DNA of 64,000 bases from Balanoglossus misakiensis (GCA_040954595.2 CM082578.2:13980304-14044303), one strand, 5' to 3'. Positions 15,022-30,100 are shown, counted from the stretch's first letter. Numbers and translations: made by a program. The notes: generated from the letters alone by a model not told the origin.

Positions 15022-15326
15022 TTTACACTACCTGAAAGTTAAATGCAACAAGTTGGCACTTTTAGAAAGTTTATTTTTAATATATTAAATACGCAATTTG
15101 AGCACATATTTTATGATCTCACTAATTAAGCAAAGAGCCAGGTCAGTACTAAAGGCAATGTGTATAAGGCTCCCTAGCCCATACTTTAAAGTTATCACAG
15201 GTTTTATCTCTGATCACTTTGAGCCCCCATGCAACCAACAACGTACATGTACATTTTATATACATATCACTAAATCAGCCAAAACTAGTTACTTAGGTTA
15301 GTTAGTTATCAGTCATTTACTCTCTC

Positions 15327-15433
15327 TCACTCACTCACTCACTCACTCACTCACTCACTCACTCACTCACTCACTGTAGGCTCACTCACTCATTCACTCA
15401 ATCACTCACTCACTCACCCACCAACTCACTCAC
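15327..15433. repeat. (TCAC)n microsatellite, imperfect
   Basis: Directly visible tandem TCAC units with a few interruptions. Confidence 0.95.
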
Positions 15434-15539
15434 TAACAGTTTTATATATTAATGGATTAATGCATTACTCCTTTTCAAGTCTCCTTCTGTCTCAAAGTGC
15501 AATTTAGTTTAAGAATCAAAACATCCTTTAAATTATACT

Positions 15540-17830
15540 GTTATATTCTCCTGCCGAACGGTAAACCGGGAGGGTGGTCGTCAACTGCATACGTAGGTAG
15601 AAAGTACACATCATTATACATTGTTTGTATGTAGTTCCAGACTATCTTCTTTCCCGGAGGTACTGTATCGATTTTCTTCGTGTTCTCCTATGAAATTCAC
15701 CGGGGATAGTTGAATATGTTATTTTGTTTGTTATACGTAGGAAACCGAACCAGACTACAAGGTCGTTAGATGTTGAGAGTAGATTAAAGATGAGATGTGC
15801 CCCGGGCCACGGGTGAGGGTCGTTACCACATTGTTGCTATTGCCCAGTGTGGTAAACCTGGCCAGCAGAAAAGTTTCCTCACAGAAATAGCACACTGGAT
15901 GTGATCAATAGATAGATATGCTGGAAACTTGTCGATGTTTTCACCACTCCTTAGCAACCCACCTTATGCTACACTTGGGCATGCGATTTGCATTTGACAC
16001 GAAGTAATCTCGCTATGGGATAATGTCGCTGTCGCGTCTGTTCAGATGTTGTACATGTACTTTAATTTCCAATAGAACTTTACGAAAGCACGCTCATGAC
16101 TTATAAGGTTTTTTATACCATTAATGGGGTTATGTGGTTAATTATCTCAATGGATATAGGCATGAGATGGATTTTGATATATGAACTGCACGGTTTTTTT
16201 AAGTCAGTTAGATTAAAGGAAACTAAACCGACAATAACCAGCCAGATTTGTAACCCTTTCAAGTTATGTCTTGCAATTTAGTAATGTCATATATGTGATA
16301 GTAATTACGCTGAAGTTGCTCTTAATTCATGTGGACATAAATTATTCATCTCTCTTCAGATTCGGGAAGTGAGTTGTACATAATTCCTCCATAGACGCAT
16401 GCAAGTACATCACAAATTGCCCTGTTTTCTGTGGTCCTGCCGAACTCCTAACTTTCATAGCTACGTCACAATCATGTAAGTATACGATTTTGCATACTAC
16501 TACAATGTACTACCACCATAAATTGTCACAATTCTGAGTCTGCTCTGGATGCTAAGATATGAGAAAGCAAGGCAAAGGTCACCTGAGGTCATCCGAAATT
16601 TGGAAAAGAAATTTTGACCCCATACTGGCCCATGGCAATAAAAAAACTAGACTATTGGTTCGCCTGGAATTAGGTATGCACATAATTAATGAGTTAAGCA
16701 GGTGTCACAGGTAACCCTTAAATTTGGCTTTTTCATTTTGGTCCCATCCCTCCAAATGCCAAGGCTGTACCTGCTCTCCATGTGGAGATATGGGAAAGTA
16801 GGTAAATTGTGCTAAGAGTAAGAGTGGGCATCACAGGTCAATTTAAAAAATAATTTGAACAAAAATTCACACTAGCAGTATTTTTGGTCACGAAGAATAA
16901 ATTTTGGCTTCCCAATGCACATTTATATCATAAATTGGTGAAATAAACTTCTCTTTCAAGACAAAGGAACTGCGCATGTGCAGAACACCCCATTTTCAAT
17001 TTCACCACAAAAAAGATATCACAATATGGTTTAGATCATCCAATAAATCGATTGTTCATGAATACTTACCGACTGTCGACCAATTTTAAAACAGTAGTCC
17101 ACTATATATGTCTGGAAATGTTATATTTGGCATGCTTATGACATATTTTTTCGTTTATGAAGAGTCGCAGCTCAGCGATGCATGATAGCTTGAAATGAAT
17201 GCGAAGACCTGGCAGACACGCAAAGACAGTCAAAATATTAAATTTAACATTGAAAACGGAACCGCAAGATGCCGTGTCTGTCCCGTTGACCTCGTCTGAG
17301 AAAACAACAAAAGACCCGAACGATAATAACACGAAATCCAAAGTATCGTGGTCAACCATTCTTCATTTCTTTGATTCTATTTGGCTGCAGTGTACATCGC
17401 CATTTCCGTTTAGCACCGACACAAACGTAGCACTGGCATAACTAAGAGGTCAATATTTCGATTAAAACACTAACCTTCCTGTTCCACGATAGCTGCAGTT
17501 TCTATAGCGCTCAATCCTTATACGATATGTGAAATTCTAGGCCAACTGGGGTAATATTCGTGTCGTTTAATCAACGTAAACTGAGCAGACTTCACAGCGC
17601 GAAACAGGTCCTCCTTCTTCTTCATCCTGATTCCAGAGCGCGCGCATACATGCGAAAAATTGCTACAATGTTGTAGGCCTACGTAAACAAATTCGACATG
17701 TGACACTGGTCTTCGTACAAAATAAGACTCACTATGTAGAAAATCTCTAACCAAAATCGTTGGAACGTCTGCATTTAGAGATCTAATAGGCCAATCTTCA
17801 TGATACACTCACTTTCAAACATGTCTTTGT
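15540..17830 (-). pseudogene. decayed TLR-like pseudogene (LRRs, LRRCT, TM, start of TIR), probably interrupted by a repeat at about 16500-17050
   Basis: LRR-like PIRSLNADV, EDLFRAVKSAQFTLI, GLSAIETAA, VDHDTL, VFACLPGLRIHFKLS. LRRCT-like KCSIRWVAKEW*KHRQV..HPVC (16000-15880), hydrophobic LIFNLL..LVVWFGFL, then MYNDVYF..TYAVDD (TIR box1-like). Confidence 0.4.
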
Positions 17831-18149
17831 TAGTTAACATACTTTTTATTAAAGATGCCGCTAATTTAAGCATTTGAACTTTTCTCAATATATACCCCTA
17901 TGGATGAAATATCTTTAGCGCTAATTTTTTTAATTTGAAGAATCGGGGATAAATGTATTGAACATCCACCTGTGCTAAATAAATTGACAAATTGTTTATA
18001 TAATTCTTTAAATCCCCTGACTTTCAACTAAAGATGGAAATAGCAAGTAAATGTATAGTAACTCGCAGGTTTTTAAATCGTGCGGGATCTTGCGCTTTTC
18101 TCCTGCACCAGCCTGCGTGGTTAGAAGGAGTTTTAACTGATCACCAGAT

Positions 18150-21100
18150 CTTATCATGGTGATACGGAGTATAACACACAAATAAGAAACACACGGTTAG
18201 AGTGCGTCCCCTGTAATTGGCACCTGGTGTAGTTGCAGGCAAAGTCGTGACCTGCACCCACTAACCAGCTATACGGATCTGTGCGATTGTTGCAAGTCAT
18301 CCCTGCAGGACATGAAAGGTAGCACACGCCAATCTTCGGCTGATCAAAACACACAGAAGGACCTCAAGAAATACATTGTCTAGTACATACCACAACTACG
18401 ATCAAGGACAACCATTAAAACACAGTCCTTCAGGTGCAGATCGATCGAAGAAGAAACAGATAGACATTTTCTCACAATGTGTGAAAGGAATTTCAAATTT
18501 GGAAAAACACACATAATAGGGAAGGTTCAAGATAAAGTGCTGTACAAGCAAAGACAGGCCCTCGAGGGTGAGGACGGCATATCAGTGTGGTTTGTAGAAT
18601 CAGATTCCGATCAATATGTTTTCAACAAAAATCTATTATTCATGGACTACACTGCCCTGCCGTTTGGATCAAATTGATGATACTACAGTAACTTTACCTA
18701 GCGTCGCGATATATTTGGTCATTATACTGATCACTGTCCAACATAACCCCGTTCTACCCAGAAAGCGCAGCATTGGACATACTGAAGCCATTCTACAATA
18801 TGGCTTGGCCAGGTGAACAGCAGAAATCCGAGAATCCACTGAACATTGCTAGATGCATGAAACACTGATGCATGTACAACACCAGACGACATGGCCAAAA
18901 TCTGGACAGAAGTGACCCCCCCCCCACACACACACACACACATTTTGTTTCCAGGCAAATAAACATAATTCTTGGTCAAAATGTAACGCCTACGTTCACA
19001 GAAAATCGCGGATATTAGCACAAGATGGATAGAGTCCGCCAAAATTATCCACCAACCGTACGATATGTAAAATCGGATATCTATTTCGTGTCTTCCTCTT
19101 TTCAAAAGCAAGTAGCTTCTTTGGTACTGCTGTAATTTAAATCCCTGATAGGGGATCACTACGATCAGCGTCTCTCTCCGATTGATAACCATTAATGGAC
19201 ACAAAAAATCAGGTACATGTACTCTGCCAATTTTTTTTACAATAAAATAACAGCGATAAGTCAAAACTTGCATTAACGATATTAAAAGGTGGCATTCCCC
19301 GTTGAAATTAGAAAACGCAACAATGGAGTCACTATTCCCACTACGATATGGAGATCACCGACCAATGCCAACCAGCAGTGCATACTAATCTGAAATCTGA
19401 CAATTCCCTGAAATAAATGAAACCAAATAATGGTCGGATATTACGTGCTGAACTAAGATAAAGATAAAGTTTCTTGCAAACAAAAAAATAACCCCGCAAT
19501 TCATGTGACACTTAATAAACGTCCGTTTTAAATTTAGACTAGTAGATTTCGAACAAGGGGATTATTTTTCTTAGCAGCAAACGGCAGTTAATAGCTTAGT
19601 CATCTCCGATTTCAATCCTAAAGTGAAAATGCGCATTTTATCAGATATAGGATTCTCATTTAAGGCAGACTGGCCCGACAAGATCAAAGCAAAATCATTC
19701 AATCCTCATTCTGTCGTGTCACATTGCAGAGTTTACCCTAGCAACGGCAGTGATGCGGTGGCGGGCGCATTGCATGCAAATCAGCGATGAATAGTGACTC
19801 CCTCCTCAAAGTTTGGGGATGGCAAAAAAATGTAGAAACCGAGCCTTTACCGCAGTTGATATTGCAAATCGCTCTGTTCCGGTGATTTTTACCCTTTAAA
19901 ATACGACATATGCTGTCAAATATCACATGCCTATCTCTGTTTCGCGGACGAGGGGCCGTTTCGTTTTATGCAACCTTAATACTGAGGCAGGTGTTTGTCG
20001 CTTCGTTAACGTAGCGAAAAATACGTACATGTGTTTTGTCAGCGAAAGCACAAAAACAACACATACTCCCACGCTTGGATAGAATGAACCCTCCGATGGG
20101 AGAAGACTTAGCTGATTGAGATAACAATTAAGCACCTGGCGTGGAAAATGATGGCAGGATTAATCATGTCTCGGTCTGCTGGCCATGCAGCGGTGTTGTT
20201 TGTGAACCAAATGTTGGTGATGGGGAGATTCACGCTTGAAAAGGCGTGATGGACAGAAACGAATTACTGTAACTGGACTGTACGTACAAGTCAGCGCAAT
20301 AAGTTTGTCCAAAACTGAACATGTTGGCAAATTTCAGAATGTACGTCTCAGGTTAGAGGTTGACTTGTGGGGAAACTAGAGTTCGAGGCTTGTGATTATT
20401 CAACAACCAGTGACAGTGTGGCGCGACTCTAGCGGGAATATAAACATAAAACGTCTTTCAAATTACATTAATGATATGATTCTTATCAATGTCCCAAATA
20501 TGTCACCCATTATACAGCAATTTGTCCCAGACTGACCACTTGAATTGCCATTACACATAGACATCCCCTAAAAGATAAACGCGTACAGTCACATCTTCAA
20601 CTTCCTTGTAAAAGATCTTTGTGTAAGAATCGATCTAAGAGGATTGGCAACGTCATCTTCGACAAACCCGCGTCAACTGTCACCATGGCAACAGTCTCGA
20701 TACCATGAGCATTCTGTGCTCAATTACATTGGGTTTAGAATGCACTCTACTGTTTGACCGACACACGGGATAAGCTAAGATACGGACTGTTTATGAACCC
20801 TACTTCAAGACAATCGACCGACTGCGTCCGGATGTAGGTATGTAGGTCCGTGTATTTTCATTATCCATGCGCACAAAATGGAAATGAAGGCCGCCAGAAG
20901 CGAACGCGAAGAGACGCATAAGTAACATACTTATATAGCAGTCGAAATTACATTATATCCTATCACAGTTTGAATGTTTTAAGGCGTAGGTTATTCACCG
21001 GAATTTCAGATTGATGGCCACCGGAAGCTGTGTCTTCGGCGCCAAAAGGCACTGCGCATCTTATTGGAACTTATCACATCATCACTTCGTAATATTATGT

Positions 21101-21200
21101 CAGAAATATTGAAATCGACTTACTGTACTCTGAGATATAATTATCATCGTCATAAAGATAATGCATTAACTGGCGTTTGAAGGCAATGCCGGCATTCCTT
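18150..21200 (-). pseudogene. decayed LRR receptor pseudogene
   Basis: WDIDKNHIINVI*KTF, RTF*NLPTCSVLD, LNCYLNQLSLLPSEGSF and FATLTKRQT (ORF 19923..20135); IPYQGFKLQQ, YVYLPGNK, VHASVFHASSNVQW (ORF 18731..19273); LEGLSLL, VFPNLKFL; Cys-rich cap and hydrophobic RVFLICVLY (ORF 18154..18354). Confidence 0.45.
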
Positions 21201-21499
21201 GTCAAATTCAATTCTACAGAACTGCGATCTATTACTCATCTCCGCTTTGGCCCAGAGGATCGGTGTTATTTGCGACAGCACTTTGTGTTACTTCGTGGAA
21301 ATGATTCTCTTTAGGGTACATTTCAAAATTCAAACGAATTGTATATTTGTCGAGTAAAATGAGTACAGTATGCCCCAGGTGTACATTGAAGAGATAATGG
21401 GTTAAAACCAGGGATGTCGAAAAACATTGAAAGTCACGCGGTGTTATACACTCTAAATAACTTATAAACATCGGTGTGTCCGAGGTAATAAAGGTTAGA

Positions 21500-22016
21500 A
21501 GGTGATTTATAAAGTGGTTTCATTTTGCATGAGAAAGATTTCAAAATTGTATTTTACAGAACTGTGATCATCGGAACGTGTCATCCTGACATAAAGAGAT
21601 GTTCACATTGAAATATGTATGGAAAGCTTATCAGTCATCGCCTTTTCTCAAATGTTCTTGTATTTTATGTTTGCATGGATCTATTGGAAAATCTCTCTTA
21701 TCTGAAAAGTACGACTTAAAAACTGTTTGCCCGTATTTCCACGGAAATGTGATAAACTTGTAGTGGCTCCCGGCGGTATCAAAGAATTGAGCACACAATG
21801 AATTGAAATTAGTATTTACGATAGTTAACTAAACCTGATTACGGTGAGAATGTTAATAAGATAATGCCAATGACATATAAATGTGAGGAAAGATCGCAGT
21901 GACCGACACAAGTCATTCGATACAAGCCTGGCATTGTAACTGTAAAAGGAACTGGTCCGAAGCATAAACGCGAAAATGGCCCCTTTCAGACAAAAAAGTA
22001 ACCCGGCTAACATTAA

Positions 22017-22063
<47 letters not shown>

Positions 22064-24300
22064 ATACAATTGTTTGATATATATACTGCTCACATCAATA
22101 AATCTAAGCACTCAGACTCACTAGCTCATTACAAAAGTGGAGATAAGGTTAATCCGATGATTTGCGTCGTCCGTAAAACGGTTGCTTAAGTCTTGTCTTT
22201 TTTCGCCATTTAGGTTTTACAGCATGTCATCCACATTTATGGCTTAGGTGATGTCTCCGTTTTTATGACAACTACTTGATTGTAACACCGCCGCCATCAT
22301 TCTGGCCGCTTCCATAACAAGATGGCGGCGCGATTATGAAACGGTATAAGAAATCAATTCCCGACTTCATTTCGCGCATTTTATGGTGTTTGGTACTATG
22401 GATCAACTTCGTCAAAACAACTGGGTTGGCTTGCTCCAGACTACCCCCAAAGGCTCTTCATTCCACGCTTGCAAACTTTACTCAAGCAGTCATTGATTTC
22501 GTTCTTAATTGACAGTCATTGAACAAGAACGGAAATGTCTGTTCGAGCGGCAAGTAAAAGATAAGCAAATCAATCCTCGTGACAGTGGTACTAAGTTCAG
22601 AAAGATGCAAGAAAGCGCCTCCAATGCCACAGCCGCGTACACGCATTACCATGTATGTGTGTTCAGTTGTACATAGCACATGACAATATAGAGTACGACA
22701 ACTTGAGGCGAACTCAAAAAAATACAACAATTTTAGGCGGTCTCAAAAGATGAGATTCCTTATCATGATGCCTTAGCCGTGGGTTACCATCAATATCGCA
22801 GTAATGAGGAGCAGATCTTAGATAAAACATCCACAAATAATCCTGATAATGATCCAGCTTATGCATTATTGATAGTTAATTATGAAGCATTCACCAGAAT
22901 ATACGCAAGCAAAACTGTACGGTGATGTAGTAAGGTACGGTAGATAGAAAAGATTCTACCAAAGAACAGATTTCGCGCGCGGTTATACTCCATATTACAA
23001 CGAAATACGAAAGTTACTTTTTTAAGCATCGTTTTCCATGTTTCTTGTCCGAAAATGTTGAGCTTTGACAACCCTACACCGACGGAAGTACAAGGATGTA
23101 AGGTCATATAGGGGTCATGAAAGTGCGCTACCGCCTCCGATACATAGCTTCGGTTCCGTGAGTGATGTCCTGTTCACAGAGGAACATAACGAGATTGACA
23201 TTTTCAAATTGTTTGGCTGGTTAAAAGTAATTCTGTACCACCTTACCTCGGAGATTTACCAAATGCTGGAGATTTACCTTGCTCGCCAATTGCCTGCGTC
23301 TATGTTACTTTGTATGAAGGTATCGACTCAAAACAGCTCATTAATATTCACTACATCCCTGGCGGGGGTATTTGTATTTCACTTCAATCTAAGCATTTCG
23401 CTTAATGGGATACACGTTTCATCAACGCTTTGAAGGCGATTTCTACTAGCAAGTTAAATTTCATTTAACCCGGACACTGGATCTACCTAGACGGTTTACA
23501 CACAGGACATTTTTTCCTTTTTCATATTCATTTTTACATCTATTTATTATGGAAAAAAACTACACTACAGATTGCTACAGGACATTGTCAACAACTGTTT
23601 AACGTTGGCGCGTATTCTAGATTTGATGAGAATTTTAATTCAATGCTTATTATTATATGGCTATTATATGGCTATCAAACGCTGCGTAATACACAAAGTA
23701 AAAAGTTCATAAAAAGAGACGGAATTCAAACCAAAACCATTTCATTCTCGCATGGTATCTGAAGGAAGCAGACAGCACACACAAACTATATACGCGCATT
23801 ATTTTCCCTTTTTAACTCCACACAGCACGTCCTGAATATTTTCGACATTTGTTGCCAGATGAAACAGCTGCTGTTACGGCAGTAATCCATGCATGTGCGT
23901 TGAAAATGTGCTTCACTTGTTTCTACAATCTGTTGGTTGTTCTCCGGGGTCCCATGTATTGATGATGAAACTGAAATCTCATATTTCAACTATACTGGTT
24001 TGTCATTGTTTGGTTATAAAAGGGGTCATCGGTTACTGCGCATATTGCCTGCACCATTCAAATATATTTTTTCATGAAAAAGGCTATACAGTTTCTTTTA
24101 TATCCGTCCAATTTCCCCGTTCAGCAAGACGGCCTACAACTGACTGCTCATGTCTTCAGCTGATTGGAGCTGCGTTCTTTTTTTTAAAATGCGCCATTTT
24201 CCTTACTACCCACTTTCAAAACATGCACAATATATCAACAACTTCATGAAGGCAGACATTTGCTTTGGTATTAATTTGAACCGCCGGTTTTATTCGCAAA
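21500..24300 (-). pseudogene. decayed LRR array
   Basis: NNQQIVETSEAHFQ, LHPCTSVGVGLSKLNI, NMEYNRARNLFFGRIFS, GAFLHLSELSTTVTRIDL, LKGAIFAFML, IPPGATTSLSHF, found in successive short minus-strand ORFs and frames. Confidence 0.4.
22014..22066. repeat. (AAAT)n microsatellite
   Basis: About 13 perfect units, directly visible. Confidence 0.95.
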
Positions 24301-24949
24301 TTACTTTTGCGTGGCTTCTATTGAGAAAGTGTATTTCCTCTGGTCTGCATGTGTCATATTTTTGTGGTTGCAACACCTAATCGCGCTGTTGCGTTTCGTG
24401 CACAAGAGTTAACTCCCGACGTAAGATGTTGTGTGTCACACGCAAAATTTCGCGATACGCCTTTTAAAGCATTTACATTTAAACCCACTAACATTTGGGG
24501 AAAAGATTCAGGTACTGTTAAATTCAAGAATTACTCATGACAAGCTGACGGTCTCACACCCTACAAAAACTAGACATGTAACAAGTGTTGTTTTTTTAAC
24601 AGGCACATACATAATACTCATGTAGACAGTGCAGTTGGTGAGCTTAGTACGTTATGTGTTGACGTGACGCTGACGTCTAACAGACATCGCCAAATATCCA
24701 GTTATACAATTCTCTGTGGCGCTTTGAGTTCACGCGAAAATATACCAGAATAAAACAAGAAATCTTACAGTGTATGTCAGAAATAAATATATATCCCTTC
24801 CTGCTGCACTATCCAGTACACATTTCCTCTTCCTGCTTCATCGTATTTACCTTACACGAGCGAACATGTTGCTAAATATCCTGTCGTGATAAATTAACAA
24901 ATCGCTAGTTATTGTAGAATCAACATTAGCTTTATTCGCGCGTAGCTTA

Positions 24950-26350
24950 AATAAAACATAAGGCACGCGTATCATCGGCTCAGTAAGTTGACTTTGAAAG
25001 CTCTTAGGCACTGTTTAATGAAGTCATGCAGACTACATACGGTATCTATTTTTATAATTCCGTGGGGGTACAGGTGGATTAGATCAATGATACAGCTCCT
25101 GCTCCAACATTTTAGCTGAACAATACAAATAATATTCATGAGGTTTTTTATAGTTCCGACCACGCCACACGAAAGAAATTCTCATTCTGATATTATTATA
25201 ATAATAAAAATAGTTAACAATAATAATATATTTATATGTCTTGCTTTGTTAAATAATATATTTAAATGTATATTGTCAACCCTTCTACTTTCTATCACAG
25301 TAGCTTTAAGTAATGGACACTTCCTATAGTTAATAAAAAAGCAATTACGATTACCTAAACCACAACTGATCGAAAAGTACAATATGGTAACACAATGCTT
25401 AGGGTTGCGATGACCTACAGATGGCGCTGTCTAATTAATCAGCATCCAGTGGTGACGGCTGACGACAGACTTTCACTCTCCAACAATCAATATTTATTCA
25501 TATTCAATAGAGTGGAAAGGCATGCATCCCTGTTCTTCATGAGTCTATTATAAGAATTATTTGACTACATCCAAATTACCGTATTGGTCTGGAGAAAACG
25601 GTACTTATACTTGTCCGTGCTGGCGCCCAGTATGTCAGTGGGTGGGGGCCGTGCCATTTGAACTGGCTCACGTGACAGTCACAGTGCCAGGGCGTTGCAG
25701 CTTTGAAGTCCGGCCAGGTGATACTCGGGTACAATCCTGCATTGCATGAGACAGGATGTGAAACCCGCACGTACCACTGATATCAACTGTATTGATTTTC
25801 CCCGAATGGCAGAAAGAAATTAGGATCTTCTGCTAACGCCAGACAAATTGTTCCGATTTGACATATAATGGTAACAAAGTAGAGAAGTCTATCTCTTGTA
25901 ACGATTGGATTTGGAATGTGTAATTGCGTTAAGGGAGATGTTCTGATTCGATTTCCCCGTCGCTCCGCGCACAATCCCGTTTCCAGATCCTCATGGTGTC
26001 AACAGAGGGAATATGAAGACGCTATTCTTTACGTCCAGAGAGAAAAAGTGAGAGATACAAGTTGACAGCACTGATTACATCGCTTGTACATAGATGCGGT
26101 CAGCTGCCTCTCGAAATTGGCTACATTGCTATCTAAGGTGTTGAATCTTGAAATTCCGGAACTTCAAACATTTCGACCTGAATTGTGTCGACTCTGGTTT
26201 GTATTGTGAATCGTTAAGAGAAAACGCTTCTTGGGACGAGTGCTGCGATGGGAGTTGCCATAGCGACGACAGAACTTGATTATTTGTCTGAATCTAAAAT
26301 AATTCTCTTACATTCTTGCAAGGGTTTACGTTTTCGGGTGTTTTCCTGGG
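24950..26350 (-). pseudogene. decayed LRR receptor pseudogene with recognisable LRRCT
   Basis: KNVRELF, SQEAFS, RGNRIRTSP, then TPWHCDCHVSQFKW (~25695-25655), which closely matches the LRRCT consensus NPWxCDCxLxxFxxW. Confidence 0.5.
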
Positions 26351-27199
26351 TTAAGAGAGTGGTATTATGTGTATTCAAAGCATAGGGCTGCTAAGCTATA
26401 TATGCAGTCAGATCAAGGAGATTAGCATAATCCACATATTATTATATCAGTCCAAAGACAGTTATTATGACGCAAGACAGAGACACATCGACCGGCAGGT
26501 TTTACAGTTATTATGACAAAATATAATTAATCAACCTAATGATAACTTCCCTAGCCCTGGTCCTACTACCTAAACAATAGCAAGCATAACAAGCAGATGT
26601 ACGCATAAAATATTTACAAATCGATCGTTTTTTTGTAAAAAAAATATCCAGATCTTCAAATATACGCCAGCGCTGTTTTTCTAGCCCCACCGGCAATTTT
26701 AAAGTCATCGGTTTTTCGGATGCTCAAATGGCAAATACGTCGGGTGTAACTATAGCAACTGCACGATACGAAAAGAGTACAAAACATGTAAAGGTTTTCA
26801 CAAAACTGTACACATTTCATTGTAAAACGTTTGTATACACATGTATGCTGCGTGGTTGAGGCACAATATTAAATATTCATGATATGCTACTACATATTAA
26901 GTAGCCCGTGTGGAAATGTACATATGATAACGCGGGTGTGGAATTCAGTCAGTAGATGTAGCGATGGCTATAGAGTAGCTCCTTCGATCGTATATACGAT
27001 CTAGCCGTCGCGCACTTTCCATTGAACATTGACTTCAACAAAAACCAGATTAATTGATTGCTGCATCCGGTAACAAGGTAAGTTCTTGCGAGGACAACTC
27101 TGTTGTGATGACATCAAATTTTTATCTCAGCTCGCTCGTTTTGTTTCAGTTCGCTTTTTTACTACTTTTAAATAGAACTACTATAGTTCCCAAAAATTG

Positions 27200-30100
27200 A
27201 TAAATGACCGGTGCGCGTTCGTAGCGATTGTTGTATAACCCTCAAACTGTGGGAAATATTATTTTTTACATGTAGAAAGGTACTGCCGTCATTTATTGTT
27301 GATATATTACAGATTTTTAGCCTAAAGGTTCGATGTACACATATAATCCCCCCCCCCCTTGGTTGCGATTATTATTGTTTTTTTCCTGTCGTAAATTCCG
27401 CTAAGAATGATTTTGCTGACCTCATTAGCGAGGCAACGCGTGATTGGCAGCGGTGGGGCATGCAGCAGTTGTTTCCCGTCGAAGGTTGACAGCTCTTCCG
27501 CGCACTTATTCAGAATTCACGGCCATTCATGGGAACTGCAGCAGCGGTACGCCACACACAGCTAGCATCCGCCACAAAAGTAGTTTGCGTTACAGCGAAG
27601 TCTTTCACAAGGTGCGTCGGTCTATTGCAATCGGCCAAAAGAGGAATTGAAACTCTATATCAGTACCCAGTGCAAGCATCGAGTGAAATCGGTCACTTTG
27701 CAAGGGTCAACATGTCGGATAATTTTGATGGGATCAATGGAACAAATTCTACGCACGGATGATTACATTAACTGAGCTGAGGTCCGGGATTTTTTTTTCG
27801 GGGGGGGGGGGGGGGATTTTGAATGAATTTGTAAAGCAATAAATCTGAATGCATAGAGCCTAATACTTTGTGTCAATAAGTGAGTAATTCGAATGCGACT
27901 GAGTTCAAATAAAAAAGCATATCGCATAGATAATTTGTTGTGATTTTAGCTTAACCAGGGCACCACGTGACAGCGATTACAAGAAACAGCTTTTGAAGGT
28001 AAAAAAAGTGAAAGTTGTTGTGTTTTTTATTCCCTAGCCCTTCCCGCTTTTTGTTCTCGATCAAAACGAAATGAAAACATTGGATATACTACCTTCCCAC
28101 CCGCTGTTAAAACCGCTAATCGCTTGGATGGTAGCTATTGGGCATTTCGTGCGTGCGTGCAGGACTTTTAATCACTAAAAGTAGAGGCGATCAGACGCGC
28201 ATGTAGATCTGTGCTCCGGCTGCCGCACTGTAAATACACTCTCCAACAAAAGGTATAGTCACAAGAAGTTCGATACCTATTGATGTTGTAAATGGAATCA
28301 TTTCCCCTCAGAAGCCGCGCTGTTCAAGCTTAACCCTTTGAGCGCCATATTTGGTGAAACATTTTAATATTTTCACCATTTTTGTCTATTTTCCCCTTAA
28401 TTATACATCAAGTGGACATCATTTCACATTGTCTTAATCAATAATTAAGAATAAATGTGGAAAAGGCTACGTAAATGAATCAGGATTATTATTATATTGT
28501 TTTAAAGATGAAAAGTTGACTATGGCGTTAGGGTTAATGAATGTCCAATTCTTTCGCATAAACCTAATGCAGATGTATCGATCATATCACGGATCATCTC
28601 TGCATGAACGTGTACCTGTGCATAACAATTGCTGTTGGTCTCCCAATCTGATGATTGATTTCGCCGACCCAGGGTGCGCATACACAAGCGGCAGATTTAT
28701 TTGACACGTTGCGTAAATCCGTAATCACACTAGGCAGAACGCTGTCTTCTTATTTGATAAGCTGAATCGATCCTAGATTTTGAGCATGGATCGGTTCATG
28801 CGTGGTGCTTTTTCAGTGCAAAGTACAGTTCGGTGTAGGATTGGTTGAGATTTGCTCGGAGTCGGCTCATCAACGCAACCAATGTTGAACTTGCCGGCCA
28901 GGATTAGGACTTTCTCTGGCATTTTGTACATGGATTCTTTTACACGTAGGAACCCGGCGCTTATTTATTTCGGATTTTTGCTCATTCAAGTTTTGCTGAG
29001 CCCTATCCATGGTAAAAATTGAAGCCACGAAAAATAGTTTAGGTGACTGACCGTCAGGCTTCAGTGACGAGACTCAATGAACATGAACAAGCGACCTTTA
29101 TATTGACTGGTAGAAATTTGCGCACCGTGTTTCAATGCGATTTTGATTTTCCCATCGAGAAATTAATCAGGCAAATGGCGCGCAACCGTCGAAATTACTT
29201 CAACTCGAGGATAAAAGTTGTCGTCTAGACGCTACAATGGATAGCTAAAGGCAATAAGCGAAGTTTGAGCTGATCGAATTTTGTCGATAAAAATTACAAT
29301 CGGTATAACTTTAAAAATCGGTAAATATTTCATGTGTTTACAGTCAGGAGGAAGAAGCAGCAGTTTCATCGTTATCCAATCTGGGCACGCGATTCCCACC
29401 GGCGCGTGACCTGGGCAGGTCATGCACAGTTATGCAAATAACATTATGCGCATTTATTTATGCAGCCACTGCAAGCCACATATGGCAAGTCAATTAGCAA
29501 AGTTGGTGTGTATTTTACTGTGAAGCACGGCACATGTCTTGTTTTCATAGATTCCCATTATTTATCATTTTGTCTGCACTAGTTCTAATAACGTTGGGTG
29601 ATGGTTTTCCGCCGTCACATTACCTACAGGGCGCAGCTTGAACATGTTGATGGAGACCGCTACGGTGGGAGACGACCTATAGTTTTAAAAAAAAATTATG
29701 TTCTCTTATTTTGTTGTAAGAGCCACACAGCTTGCATTTGGTTGTTTACAAAAACCTTCTATTTTTTCGCTTCGTTTGGTTTCTAGTCCCCAAAGGATAG
29801 ACGTATGCATTCGTCCTTCAGAACCGGGTATAGTCTGATTGTTGCGGAATTCCTAATCTTCCCCAAAAGGTCGCTATAAAACGCGGCTTTCACAATAAAG
29901 GCACCACAGACATTCACCATGGTCACATGTGACCATGTCCATGGTTTCTGGACCACCAAAGTAAAAATAAAAGTTAATATTCAAACGTTTCCTTTTTTCA
30001 ACGAGCTCTATATCATCATTAATCCAAGAATTCGCCAAGATACGGTCGCCGACACGCCATCCACAGACCTGTCTCTAAGGAAGCCATTTTGGATCATCTA

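Noticed and set aside
18425-18490. LINE C-terminal zinc-knuckle-like RCRSIEEETDRHFLTMC on the + strand
   Set aside because: No reverse transcriptase or endonuclease remnants nearby, and the opposite strand reads as LRR (VFPNLKFL, LEGLSLL), consistent with the flanking blocks.
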